DNA of 32,000 nucleotides from Candidatus Methylomirabilis limnetica (GCF_003044035.1 NZ_NVQC01000038.1:6669-38668), one strand, 5' to 3'. Positions 8,991 to 16,900 are shown, numbered from the stretch's first letter. Translations and numbers: made by a program. Notes: generated by a model from the sequence alone, not told the origin.

Positions 8991-9350
8991 CTCCCCTCAC
9001 CCCCCCATCCTCACCTTCCCCCTCGTAGGGGGGAAGGGACAAATCCACCCACAGCTTCGACCTCTTTCCCCCTTAAAGGGAGATCACACTTTAGACCTCC
9101 TCCCCCCTTGAACGGGCCCACAACTGAATAAAGGCTCATGGTATGAAACTGTGGGTTACAGTTTCGACCTCCTCTTACCCCCCCATCCTCACCTTCCCCC
9201 TCGTGGGGGGGAAGGGAAGTGCGGTGGTACCTTCACCCGGTGGGGGGAAGGGATAAATCACCCACAGTTTCGACCTCTTTCCCCCTTGAAGGGAGATCAC
9301 ACTTTAAGCCTCCTCCCCCCTTGAGGGGGAGGATTGAGGTGGGGGGGAGA
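8991..9350. repeat. mosaic GC-rich multi-hairpin repeat cluster, two tandem composite copies
   Basis: 'ccccccatcctcaccttccccctcgtRggggggaaggga' occurs at 9001 and 9179. 'cacagYttcgacctctttcccccttRaagggagatcacactttaRRcctcctccccccttga' occurs at 9050 and 9263. The second copy also carries 'agtgcggtggtaccttcacccggtggggggaaggga' and 'gggggaggattgaggtgggggg'. Confidence 0.85.
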
Positions 9351-9383
9351 GCCGAATAAAATAACACCATACGATGCGTAACT

Positions 9384-12254
9384 TCAGGCGCTCCGCCTTA
9401 ATATCGCTGCAATCCTGGCCTGAAGTTCATCCAATCGGAACGGCTTTGTGATGTAATCATCTGCGCCGGCCCTGAGTCCGGTGACGACATCGTCTTTGTC
9501 GCCGTATCCTGTCATCATGATAATTGGGATGTTTCGATACTGGGGGTGGTCACGCAACGCCTGGCACACCTGGAGACCATTTTGGTCCGGCAGCTTTACA
9601 TCGAGAAGGATGAGATGGGGGCGCTGACGCTGGATTCGATCGAATCCGTCGCGGGCGCTACAGGCTGTTGCCACCTCATACGTACCGTTCACGGCCTCTT
9701 TCACCAAATCGCAGAGGGTCTTATCATCATCAATGACCAGGATGCGATACTTTTCACCAACCTCAGGAACCGAGAATGCAGACTCCTTGAGAGAAGGAGC
9801 ATAACTCGGGATCATGTCATGTATCTGTCGCAGAAGGGCGGGCACGTCGCCAACCATCGCCAGAGTTTCGAGGCGGTTAAGACGCTCCTCCATATCCCCG
9901 AAGGAGGCCTGCGGCTGCCGCACCGCGAAGATCCGGTCATATTCTGACACCAGAACTTCGTCGTCGTCCCAAAGGCTCTCGTGCAACTTCTCCCCTGGGC
10001 GCAATCCTGTGTATCGCTTTGTGACTCGCGATGGGTTCAGACCTGACGTCAGGGCGAGGTTATTCACCAGTTCGTCGATCTTGACCGGCTCTCCCATGTT
10101 CAGGATAAACACGTCCTCCTCGCAGTCCATCGTACTGCTCTGCAACACCAGTCCAACCGCTTCGGGTATCGTCATGAAGAAGCGTGTCATCTGTGGGTCT
10201 GTGATAGTAATGGGCTCTCCATTCTCGATCTGCTTCTGGAAGAGGGGCACCACACTTCCGGCGCTGCCGAGCACGTTACCAAATCTCACGACAAAGAAAT
10301 GAGGCGTCCCGCTTAACCCGTGTGACTGTCGGAGGACTCGATTGAGGGCTATAATGTACATCTCGCTCACCTTCTTCGTCGCCCCCATCAAGCTTTTCGG
10401 CCTCACGGCCTTATCGGTTGAGATGAAGACGAAGGTGTTTACGTCAAACTTCTGCGCAACTTCAGCCAGACGTTTCGTCCCGATGATATTGTTGAGAACC
10501 GCCTCTCCCGGATGGTCCTCCAGGATCGGCACGTGTTTATAGGCTGCGGCGTGGAACACAACCTGCGGCCTCGTGCGTTCGAATATCTCCGACATGCGTG
10601 GAATATGCTTGATGTCCGCAAGGGCTGCCGTTACGTTGGCCTCGGGGGAATGTTGTCGGATCTCCAATGAGATGTGGTGCAGGGCATTCTCGGCGCGTTC
10701 GACCATGATGAGCGATTCAACACCACAACTGATAAGTTGCCGACATAGTTCTGAACCAATGGATCCCCCCGCTCCGGTCACCATGACCCGCTTTCCGCGG
10801 AAAAACTCGGTAATCGCCTCTCGGTTGATGGCCACCGGTTCTCGCCCAAGCAATTCATCAACGTTCACCTTTCGAAGATACCGCAGGTTTCCATCCCCCC
10901 GCACGAGCTGGGTAAAAGACGGGAGGGTCTTGAATTCCAGACCAGCCCCGGCGCAGATGCTGCCGATGCGGCGTAGCCCGTTACCAGTCGCGGTCGAAAT
11001 CGCGATGATCGCTTCCTGAATCGCATACGTCTTCGCGATGTCAGGAAGCCTGTCGATTGTGCCGAGCACAGGCCGGCCATGAATGGTCGCCCCCTGCTTT
11101 TTGGGATCGTCGTCGACGAATCCGATGAGTCCGTAACCCGACAACGGATTGCCAAGGATTTCCCTTGCGATCAATTCACCGGTTTCCCCTGCCCCGATAA
11201 TGACAACCTTGCGGCTATTGGTTGGGGATGTGTCACTACTCAGGTGTTTAGGCTGAAGGCTGAAGCTCGACCGCACGAGGAGCCGCATCCCTCCTGTAAG
11301 CAGGACCGTCAAAGGCATGGTCAATATGAGAATCGATCTCGGATAGCCATGCCATCCCATAAGGACCACGGCGAAACCGTGCAGACCTCCTCCTATAGCT
11401 GATGCCTTGATAATCTGCCACAGGTCCTCTACGCCTGCAAACTTCCAGATGCTCCTATGGGTCCGGAGCGTTACGAAGGATACGAGATAGGCCGCGCAGA
11501 CAATGGGAAGGCCGTAAAGGAGATGCTGCGTCTCCTTCTCAGGAAGTGCCCAATCAAACCTGACCATGAAAGCCGATAGGTTTGCCGCAATAACAGCGAG
11601 GCAGTCCAGCGTCAACCTCGCATATTTTTGTATGTGGGGGGGCGGATTCAGTGTTGTGAGGATCCTTTCCCCTATCGCTATAGGCGTTCGGATTACGTAC
11701 CAGAGATCACCGGCAAGCGAGCGCGTACGGACGTACTCTCGGTCGCTCTCGAGTTTCTCCTGCATGAACTGCTTGGTATAGTGTTCATAGACATCAACTC
11801 CAGGAGGAAACGTATCCGACTCACCTACCCAGGCAAGTTGCGTTGGACCAGTGATTCCCGGTTTGACTTCCAAGATCGCGCGTTGTTCTGGCGTGTACTG
11901 TTCAACTATTGCAGGAATCTCCGGACGAGGCCCGACAAGGCTCATGTCGCCTTTCAGGACATTGATGATCTGGGGGAGCTCGTCGATCTTCAGCAGCCTG
12001 AGCAATCTGCCCACCCGAGTGACACGCGGGTCGGCGTTCCCTGTCAGATGAGGGCCAACTTGGTCAGCATCGACAACCATAGATCTGAATTTCAGAATCC
12101 TGAAGGTCTTCCCGCGCCTCCCGACGCGCTCCTGAGCATAGAAGACTAAACCTGGGGAATCCAGCTTAATGGCGATGGCCACGAGGAGAAAGATGGGCAA
12201 CAGCAGCACAAGCGCCACCAGGGAGAATATGAGATCTATCGCCCGCTTCAGCAT
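9384..12254 (-). CDS. tri-domain fusion: PglC-type bacterial sugar (phosphoglycosyl) transferase + CapD/PglF-like NAD-dependent 4,6-dehydratase + CheY-like receiver
   Basis: 956-aa ORF with ATG 12254 preceded by GGAGAAGG.
- aa 1-200: LKRAIDLIFSLVALVLLLP...RILKFRSM...KIDELPQIINVLKGDMSLVGPRPE.
- aa ~205-330: hydrophobic CapD-type membrane segments.
- Rossmann motifs: 'VVIIGAGETG' and 'VMVTGAGGSIGSEL'.
- Dehydratase core: 'VFHAAAYKHVP', 'FVFISTDKAV'.
- aa 836-956: receiver with 'ILVIDDD', 'LILLDVKLPD', 'IIMMTG', 'ITKPF'. Confidence 0.9.
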   Translation of the reverse strand: MLKRAIDLIFSLVALVLLLPIFLLVAIAIKLDSPGLVFYAQERVGRRGKTFRILKFRSMVVDADQVGPHLTGNADPRVTRVGRLLRLLKIDELPQIINVLKGDMSLVGPRPEIPAIVEQYTPEQRAILEVKPGITGPTQLAWVGESDTFPPGVDVYEHYTKQFMQEKLESDREYVRTRSLAGDLWYVIRTPIAIGERILTTLNPPPHIQKYARLTLDCLAVIAANLSAFMVRFDWALPEKETQHLLYGLPIVCAAYLVSFVTLRTHRSIWKFAGVEDLWQIIKASAIGGGLHGFAVVLMGWHGYPRSILILTMPLTVLLTGGMRLLVRSSFSLQPKHLSSDTSPTNSRKVVIIGAGETGELIAREILGNPLSGYGLIGFVDDDPKKQGATIHGRPVLGTIDRLPDIAKTYAIQEAIIAISTATGNGLRRIGSICAGAGLEFKTLPSFTQLVRGDGNLRYLRKVNVDELLGREPVAINREAITEFFRGKRVMVTGAGGSIGSELCRQLISCGVESLIMVERAENALHHISLEIRQHSPEANVTAALADIKHIPRMSEIFERTRPQVVFHAAAYKHVPILEDHPGEAVLNNIIGTKRLAEVAQKFDVNTFVFISTDKAVRPKSLMGATKKVSEMYIIALNRVLRQSHGLSGTPHFFVVRFGNVLGSAGSVVPLFQKQIENGEPITITDPQMTRFFMTIPEAVGLVLQSSTMDCEEDVFILNMGEPVKIDELVNNLALTSGLNPSRVTKRYTGLRPGEKLHESLWDDDEVLVSEYDRIFAVRQPQASFGDMEERLNRLETLAMVGDVPALLRQIHDMIPSYAPSLKESAFSVPEVGEKYRILVIDDDKTLCDLVKEAVNGTYEVATACSARDGFDRIQRQRPHLILLDVKLPDQNGLQVCQALRDHPQYRNIPIIMMTGYGDKDDVVTGLRAGADDYITKPFRLDELQARIAAILRRSA

Positions 12255-12274
12255 CGCCTTCTCCGGCTCAACCC

Positions 12275-12555
12275 TTTACCCCCCATCCTCACCTTCCCCC
12301 TCAAGGGGGGAAGGGATTTCTGAGGGATGGAGAGCCCACTGCCGCCTCCGCCTTCCGCTAACAAGAGTGGCCCGCAAGGGGGGAAGGGACACCCATTTCG
12401 GAATCCTCCCCCCTTGTGGGGGGGGTAATGCCTCTACTCGCAGGGGAGAACTCCAGACCTCCCGACAGACGGGCGGGGATAAACCCCGCCCCTACACCCC
12501 CCATCCTATCCTTCCCCCGCCAGGGGGGAAGGGAAGTGCGGCGGGACCTGTCCGG
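12275..12555. repeat. mosaic GC-rich multi-hairpin repeat cluster
   Basis: Contains 'ccccccatcctcaccttccccctcaaggggggaaggga', 'cctccccccttgtgggggggg', 'gggcggggataaaccccgcccctacaccccccatcctatccttcccccgccaggggggaagggaagtgcggcggg'. These are the same modules as at 9.0, 15.2, 15.6, 16.1, 17.0 and 18.9 kb. Confidence 0.85.
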
Positions 12556-12640
12556 ATAATGACAAAGCCCACCTGCCGCAATGGAGCGTAGCGGAATAGC
12601 GATCAGGTGCAGCACCTTGTTAGGCAAAGATTTCATCAAC

Positions 12641-12841
12641 TTATACGGTCTCAAATTGCAAACTCTTTAGCATTTGCACTGGGACGCGCTTGCTTAAGCC
12701 CAGTATCTCAACCCCGACTACGTTGTCATTTGCATCATAGTCGAGAATTACGCCTGGTTTAACCTCCTCGGACTCGACAATGGCTGACTCATCGAGCCGA
12801 AAATATAACGCGTCATTCTTGTGATCCACCTTTAATCTCAT
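12641..12841 (-). CDS. DUF2283-family small protein (putative antitoxin partner of DUF4258)
   Basis: 66 aa: MRLKVDHKNDALYFRLDES...GVILDYDANDNVVGVEILGLS, the typical DUF2283 pattern. Its start overlaps the upstream stop as ATGA (12838-12841). Confidence 0.8.
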   Translation of the reverse strand: MRLKVDHKNDALYFRLDESAIVESEEVKPGVILDYDANDNVVGVEILGLSKRVPVQMLKSLQFETV

Positions 12842-13086
12842 TGCGGCCTCCTTACTCTACGGTCAAAGAAGACAGTGACGATTCTCTGAGGCCGGGCATC
12901 CGGATTCACAACAACCCGTAAATATCGTCCACCGTGCTGCTCAATAGATCGAATATAGTGAAGCATTCCATCATCCTTTGGTTGCTTCTTCTCGGGATCT
13001 TCTAAAGCCAACTCTACCCAAGCTTCTTGAATGTTCCGCTCCCTTAGCATATCATAAGCATGTTCAGAGAACTCATACTCGATCAT
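12838..13086 (-). CDS. DUF4258-family small protein (putative toxin)
   Basis: 82 aa: EFSEHAYDMLRERNIQEAWVELALEDP...GRYLRVVVNPDARPQRIVTVFFDRR. This is the DUF4258 pattern (H-A-x-x-M-L-x-x-R-x-I ... LRVVV ... IVTV). Confidence 0.8.
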   Translation of the reverse strand: MIEYEFSEHAYDMLRERNIQEAWVELALEDPEKKQPKDDGMLHYIRSIEQHGGRYLRVVVNPDARPQRIVTVFFDRRVRRPQ

Positions 13087-13114
13087 GCCTGCCTATGTGC
13101 CGCAGGCGCCGGAC

Positions 13115-13178
13115 CTCCATCCCCCCCACCCAGAGGGTACCCGGGAGAAGGGATAGGAGAGGGAGAGCCTTCCCTCCA
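13115..13178. repeat. degenerate member of the GC-rich repeat family
   Basis: 'catcccccccacccagagggtacccgggagaagggataggagagggagagccttccctcc' resembles the 18700-18750 copy ('cccccccacccgtcccctccccctcggaggggggagggtaagagggagag'). Confidence 0.4.
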
Positions 13179-13277
13179 TCGGCACCGTTCGGTCACATCG
13201 TGAGGCGTGAGGAGGAGCCCCTTATGCCTTCCGATTGAAGAACCACGTAACTTGCTCATCCTCGCTTTCACTCTCCG

Positions 13278-13589
13278 CTATGTCGTAAGGCGGCTAGACC
13301 TGTGATTGAGCCATTTCTTGAAAGAGGCCTGACTTTCGCCTGAGGGTTTCCCAGCCAATAGACCCTCAACGCTCACATCCTCATCGATGTCTTCCCAGTG
13401 GATACCCTGCCCCTCACCAATCAGCCTCCAGTGACTTCGTTCTTGTTGGGTCGCATGCACAAGGCGAGGGAACCACGCAAGTGGGACTGAGATCGTCCGC
13501 CCGTCGCTCAAATCCACGCTCAGCGTATCGTCGGTTACCGTAATGCTTTCAGCATTTGGAACCTCAATCTCAACTGCCGAAGTAGTCAT
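13278..13589 (-). CDS. DUF2442-family small protein
   Basis: MTTSAVEIEVPNAESITVTDDTLSVDLSDGRTISVPLAWFPRLVHATQQERSHWRLIGEGQGIHWEDIDEDVSVEGLL is the typical DUF2442 pattern. ATG 13589 is preferred over 13622 because GGAGG lies 8 nt upstream. It overlaps the upstream gene by 20 nt. Confidence 0.8.
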   Translation of the reverse strand: MTTSAVEIEVPNAESITVTDDTLSVDLSDGRTISVPLAWFPRLVHATQQERSHWRLIGEGQGIHWEDIDEDVSVEGLLAGKPSGESQASFKKWLNHRSSRLTT

Positions 13590-13806
13590 TCCACGCCTCC
13601 ATGAATCTTGGGTCATGCTCATTCACGAGTTGCTGAATTCGACCGATTTCTGCTCGAGTAAATCTACCACTCTTTTGTAGCCGTATCGGATCCAGCCAGA
13701 ACTTTGCAATTTTGCTGTTCCGTTCCACATGAATGTGCGGCGGTTCATCTCGATCGCCGGCGTAGAAGAAGAACCGATACGGGCCAACTTTCAGTACCGT
13801 CGGCAT
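13570..13806 (-). CDS. DUF4160-family small protein
   Basis: 78 aa: MPTVLKVGPYRFFFYAGDRDEPPHIHVERNSKIAKFWLDP is the typical DUF4160 N-terminus. The ATG lies 5 nt after the DegT stop. Confidence 0.8.
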   Translation of the reverse strand: MPTVLKVGPYRFFFYAGDRDEPPHIHVERNSKIAKFWLDPIRLQKSGRFTRAEIGRIQQLVNEHDPRFMEAWNDYFGS

Positions 13807-13811
13807 GAGCC

Positions 13812-15005
13812 CTATCTCCGAAGGGTGTGGAGTGTGTCGTGTACGGACTCGATCACTCGCCCTATGTCGGCATTCGTCATCGCCGGATAGATTGGGAGCG
13901 AGACCGCACGCTCGAAGATATGTTCGGCGTTCGGAAACGCTCCCTGATGGTAGCCAAATGACCGCTGATAGACGGGGTGCAGATGAAGGGGAATGAAGTG
14001 AACGGAGGTCCCAATGCCCTTCTCTCCAAGGGAGCGAATGACCTCGTCTCGCCCACTAGCCAAGGCGGGAAGATTGAGTTGTAAGATGTACAGGTGCCAG
14101 GCGTGTGTGCCGTAGTCGGCCTCTTGAGGGATCACGCACGTCTCCAGACCTGAGAAGCTCTCGCTATACATCCGAGCAATCTCTCGCCGTCGCTTGTAAA
14201 AGTCATCCGACCTTCTGAGTTGCTGGATTCCCAACGCCGCAGCCAGATCGGTCAGGTTGTATTTAAATCCGAAATCGAGGATCTCGTAATACCAGTGTCC
14301 CTTATCGGAGTACCGGTTCCAGGCATCACCACTCAGACCATGGAGGCTCATCCGCTTCATTCTGGCGGCATGGTCGTCGCGCATCGTCGCGATCATCCCG
14401 CCCTCTCCAGTGGTTATCGGCTTGGTGGCATAAAAGCTGAAGGCCGTGAGATCACCAATAGCCCCGATCATCTTTCCTTTGTAGGTGGCATGAAGGGCAT
14501 GAGCGGCATCCTCAATGACGTGAAGGTGATGCTCCCTGGCAAGTTCCATGATCGGATCCATGTCACATGCCTGCCCGGCGATGTGAACGGGGATGATGGC
14601 CTTGGTCTTCGGCGTGATCAGCGGTGCTACCGTAGCCGCATCAATATTGAAGGTGTCAGGCCGGCAGTCGGCCAGGACAGGACGAGCCCCGAGGTAAGTC
14701 ACCACTTCTCCGGTGGCGGCAAACGTATAGGTGGGGAGGATCACCTCGTCGCCTGCCCCGACGCCAACTGCATCGAGAGCCAGATGGAGCGCGGCGGTGC
14801 AGGAGTTGACGGCAATGGCATGCTTGGCGCCAACGTAGGCGGCAAAGGCCTCCTCGAATTGTCTGACCTTCGGACCAGTCGTCAGCCAGCCGGAGCGAAG
14901 CACTTCGACGACTTCGGCGATCTCTTCTTCGCCAATCGAGGGGAGATGGAAGGGAATCTTTTGTTGTTGTCCGTTCTGCATGTTGTTCACAGTAACAAGC
15001 GGCAT
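13812..15005 (-). CDS. DegT/DnrJ/EryC1/StrS-family PLP-dependent sugar aminotransferase (PglE-like)
   Basis: 397-aa ORF. 'LPSIGEEEIAEVVEVLRSGWLTTGPKVRQFEEAFAAYVGAKHAIAVNSCTAALHLAL', 'HVIEDAAHA' and the Lys motif 'FSFYATKPITTGEGGMI' are family hallmarks. Confidence 0.9.
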   Translation of the reverse strand: MPLVTVNNMQNGQQQKIPFHLPSIGEEEIAEVVEVLRSGWLTTGPKVRQFEEAFAAYVGAKHAIAVNSCTAALHLALDAVGVGAGDEVILPTYTFAATGEVVTYLGARPVLADCRPDTFNIDAATVAPLITPKTKAIIPVHIAGQACDMDPIMELAREHHLHVIEDAAHALHATYKGKMIGAIGDLTAFSFYATKPITTGEGGMIATMRDDHAARMKRMSLHGLSGDAWNRYSDKGHWYYEILDFGFKYNLTDLAAALGIQQLRRSDDFYKRRREIARMYSESFSGLETCVIPQEADYGTHAWHLYILQLNLPALASGRDEVIRSLGEKGIGTSVHFIPLHLHPVYQRSFGYHQGAFPNAEHIFERAVSLPIYPAMTNADIGRVIESVHDTLHTLRR

Positions 15006-15045
15006 TTGCTATCTCTTGCCATCCATCACGCTCTTCTTCTTCTTC

Positions 15046-15188
15046 CTAGTGTAGTATATCCAACGATTCTTTTCAATCCGTTCGCCCTGAGCCTGTCGAA
15101 GGGTGAAGTATTTCAATTGGTTCCGTTCATGGGTTCGACAAGCTCACCACGAACGGATTGTAAAGGTATTTGTGAGGCACTACACTAG
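15046..15188. repeat. 143-bp imperfect palindromic (inverted-duplication) element, MITE-like
   Basis: Perfect 10-bp termini: 'ctagtgtagt' (15046-15055) / 'actacactag' (15179-15188). Perfect 11-bp inner pair: 'caatccgttcg' (15074-15084) / 'cgaacggattg' (15150-15160). A 12/13 pair: 'tgagcctgtcgaa' (15088-15100) / 'ttcgacaagctca' (15134-15146). Confidence 0.55.
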
Positions 15189-15207
15189 AGTCTTGGGCTC
15201 ATGGCAC

Positions 15208-15317
15208 GTGGGATGGGCGGGGATAAACCCCGCCCCTACATCCCCCCCATCCTCACCTTCCCCCGCCAGGGGAGAAGGGAAGTGCGGCGGTACCTTCACC
15301 CGGTGGGGGGAGGGAAG
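15208..15317. repeat. canonical ~110-bp unit of the GC-rich multi-hairpin repeat
   Basis: 'gtgggatgggcggggataaaccccgcccctacatcccccccatcctcaccttcccccgccaggggagaagggaagtgcggcggtaccttcacccggtggggggaggga'. Confidence 0.9.
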
Positions 15318-15325
15318 TATGATTG

Positions 15326-15544
15326 TTAGCCCTTGATAACTTGCTCCTCTATCGGGACCTTGCTTATGAGGAGCTCTTTCATGTCTACTTTCTTGCTAGC
15401 ATTATCAATGTCGATACCCACGATATTCCCATCAACATCATAATCGAGGATCACTCCTTCCGATATCTCTTTGCTGTCAGCGCTGACCTTGCCCGACAAA
15501 TCTATGTAGAGAGAATCAGTGTCTGGATAGTAGTTCAACCTCAT
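15326..15544 (-). CDS. DUF2283-family small protein, orphan (no DUF4258 partner adjacent)
   Basis: 72 aa: MRLNYYPDTDSLYIDLSGKVSADSKEISEGVILDYDVDGNIVGIDIDNAS. Paralog of 12641..12841. Confidence 0.75.
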   Translation of the reverse strand: MRLNYYPDTDSLYIDLSGKVSADSKEISEGVILDYDVDGNIVGIDIDNASKKVDMKELLISKVPIEEQVIKG

Positions 15545-15566
15545 GGCTTATACCCCCGATGTCGCA

Positions 15567-15699
15567 GGGGAAGGCTTTACGCTCTCCCGTGGGATGGGCG
15601 GGGATAAACCCCGCCCCTACATCCCCTCATCCTGTCCTTCCCCCACAAGTAGGGAAGGGAGGTGCGGTGGTACCTTCACCCGGGGAGGGGAAGGGAAAG
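15567..15699. repeat. GC-rich multi-hairpin repeat unit
   Basis: 'ggggaaggctttacgctctcccgtgggatgggcggggataaaccccgcccctacatcccctcatcctgtccttcccccacaagtagggaagggaggtgcggtggtaccttcacccggggaggggaaggga'. Confidence 0.9.
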
Positions 15700-15756
15700 A
15701 ATCGCTTGCCCCGCCGTGCTCATTCCAGCTTGCGAGAGGAGTCCAGATACGAGCGG

Positions 15757-16056
15757 TTAGGCTCTCTTTGGCTTCGCTGTATGCTTTTTGGGGAGTAGTG
15801 GGATTAAACACCGCAAAGCCCTATTTACAGACTCTGAGTTTGGGAAATATGCTCGAGTATCCGGCTCTAGAACCACTATGCCCTCTTTAGGCATCACGTC
15901 CTTAACAACAGTTGTACCATCTGCCTTACGGATAGTCATCGTATACCCAGCTTGCATAGTCCTATAATGTTTACCACGCACTCCACACCTAAAATCATAT
16001 TCGGTACGCATATCGTTGTCTTCCACCTGTACCATTTTAGTCGCCACCTTCTTCAT
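15757..16056 (-). CDS. small conserved protein, antitoxin-like, orphan
   Basis: 99 aa, with ATG 16056. 'EYDFRCGVRGKHY' and 'VVLEPDTRAYFPNSESVNRALRCLIPLL' match a motif pair (EYDF..G.RGK.Y ... V.LDPDV...FPdSeSVNeALR) that I recall from small proteins next to toxin genes. I cannot name the family with certainty. Confidence 0.5.
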   Translation of the reverse strand: MKKVATKMVQVEDNDMRTEYDFRCGVRGKHYRTMQAGYTMTIRKADGTTVVKDVMPKEGIVVLEPDTRAYFPNSESVNRALRCLIPLLPKKHTAKPKRA

Positions 16057-16071
16057 AAAGTTCCCGCTCCG

Positions 16072-16221
16072 ATGAGGTGGAGGGTATACTGGGAAGGCTT
16101 ACGCTCTCCCGTGGGATGGGCGGGGATAAACCCCGCCCCCACATCCCCCCCATCCTCACCTTCCCCCGCCACGGGGGAAGGGAAGCGCGGTGGTACCTTC
16201 ACCAGGTGGTGGGAGAGAGGG
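16072..16221. repeat. GC-rich multi-hairpin repeat unit
   Basis: 'gaggtggagggtatactgggaaggcttacgctctcccgtgggatgggcggggataaaccccgcccccacatcccccccatcctcaccttcccccgccacgggggaagggaagcgcggtggtaccttcaccaggtggtggg'. Confidence 0.9.
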
Positions 16222-16294
16222 TCCGATGGCGTGTAGTGAGCGAAACAGACCGCAAACACACTGTTATCCGAAGTTGCCCGGCTTGTTCCTACGA

Positions 16295-16540
16295 TCAGGC
16301 AAAGGCTTTTGCCGGCATCTCAATGTAGCGATCTGGTTCTTCTACCTTACCATGAATGGCAAAGAACTGCCGCTCGATTTCCTTGAGAACAACCGCATCG
16401 TAGTAGACCATGCCACAATTCAGGCATACTTCAACAGGGGTATTCGGCACCAGCAAGTATTTCCCCTCGTGGCTATAGAGATACTCAATCCTTCGTTCCT
16501 CATGGCGGTCACTGCCGCAGAAATTACACTCTATTGCCAT
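16295..16540 (-). CDS. YgiT/MqsA-type zinc-finger small protein (putative antitoxin)
   Basis: MAIECNFCGSDRHEERRIEYLYSHEGKYLLVPNTPVEVCLNCGMVYYDAVVLKEIE has two CxxC pairs with YgiT-type spacing. ATG 16540 overlaps the upstream TAG stop by 10 nt (aTGGCAATAG). Confidence 0.75.
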   Translation of the reverse strand: MAIECNFCGSDRHEERRIEYLYSHEGKYLLVPNTPVEVCLNCGMVYYDAVVLKEIERQFFAIHGKVEEPDRYIEMPAKAFA

Positions 16541-16848
16541 CCTCGTCTTTCTCCTCGCGTCCAAGGGTCAATGAACTTCGGCGGGCGTGGAATGTATACG
16601 GTGATAAGTACTACCTTTTCCCCACGCCAGCCGCATACGACGTGAATAGGTATCTTCCCAGCAAAACCTACGACCAGACAACTCTCACCGCGTCCAATAT
16701 CAGGATACTGCTCAAGGATCTTACTATTCAATAGAGCCTCTTCTACTTGAGCGAAGGTTAATCCGTCCGCTCTCCGCTCAATCTCGGCATGATGGCTGTA
16801 AACATACCTGTTGTCGCGAACCCTCGCCTTTATCTCTTCAATGTCCAT
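16531..16848 (-). CDS. DUF4258-family small protein (putative toxin), second paralog
   Basis: 105 aa: YVYSHHAEIERRADGLTFAQVEEALLNSKILEQYPDIGRGESCLVVGFAGKIPIHVVCGWRGEKVVLITVYIP. Confidence 0.8.
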   Translation of the reverse strand: MDIEEIKARVRDNRYVYSHHAEIERRADGLTFAQVEEALLNSKILEQYPDIGRGESCLVVGFAGKIPIHVVCGWRGEKVVLITVYIPRPPKFIDPWTRGERRGWQ

Positions 16849-16900
16849 CTCTGCTCATAACGATACCCACTACTACTGACGGCTCCCACGTCATGCGTCG

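Noticed and set aside
11239-11255. The 17-nt string taggctgaaggctgaag is shared between 11239-11255 (inside the fusion gene) and 28811-28827 (after the YdbH-like stop).
   Set aside because: It is a low-complexity tandem heptamer (ggctgaa x2) with no extended similarity in the flanks. It is probably coincidental.
12169-12654. ORFs reading through repeat clusters: 12169..12591 +, 12358..12654 -, 15543..15890 +, 15952..16236 +, 16053..16259 -, 16982..17308 +, 17006..17200 -, 18577..18786 -.
   Set aside because: Their sequences are translations of the repeat modules (recurrent 'SPSPARGEGK', 'GWAGINPAPTSP', 'GGTFTRWGEG'), so they recur wherever the repeat does. They are not genes.
14220-15188. 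Long plus-strand ORFs lie opposite well-supported minus-strand genes (for example 14220..15188, 1646..2473, 22989..23849, 9814..10302, 30746..31180, 31202..31786).
   Set aside because: These are typical antisense shadow ORFs of GC-rich genes. They are Arg/Pro/Gly-rich, carry no motifs, and fully overlap genes with clear family signatures.
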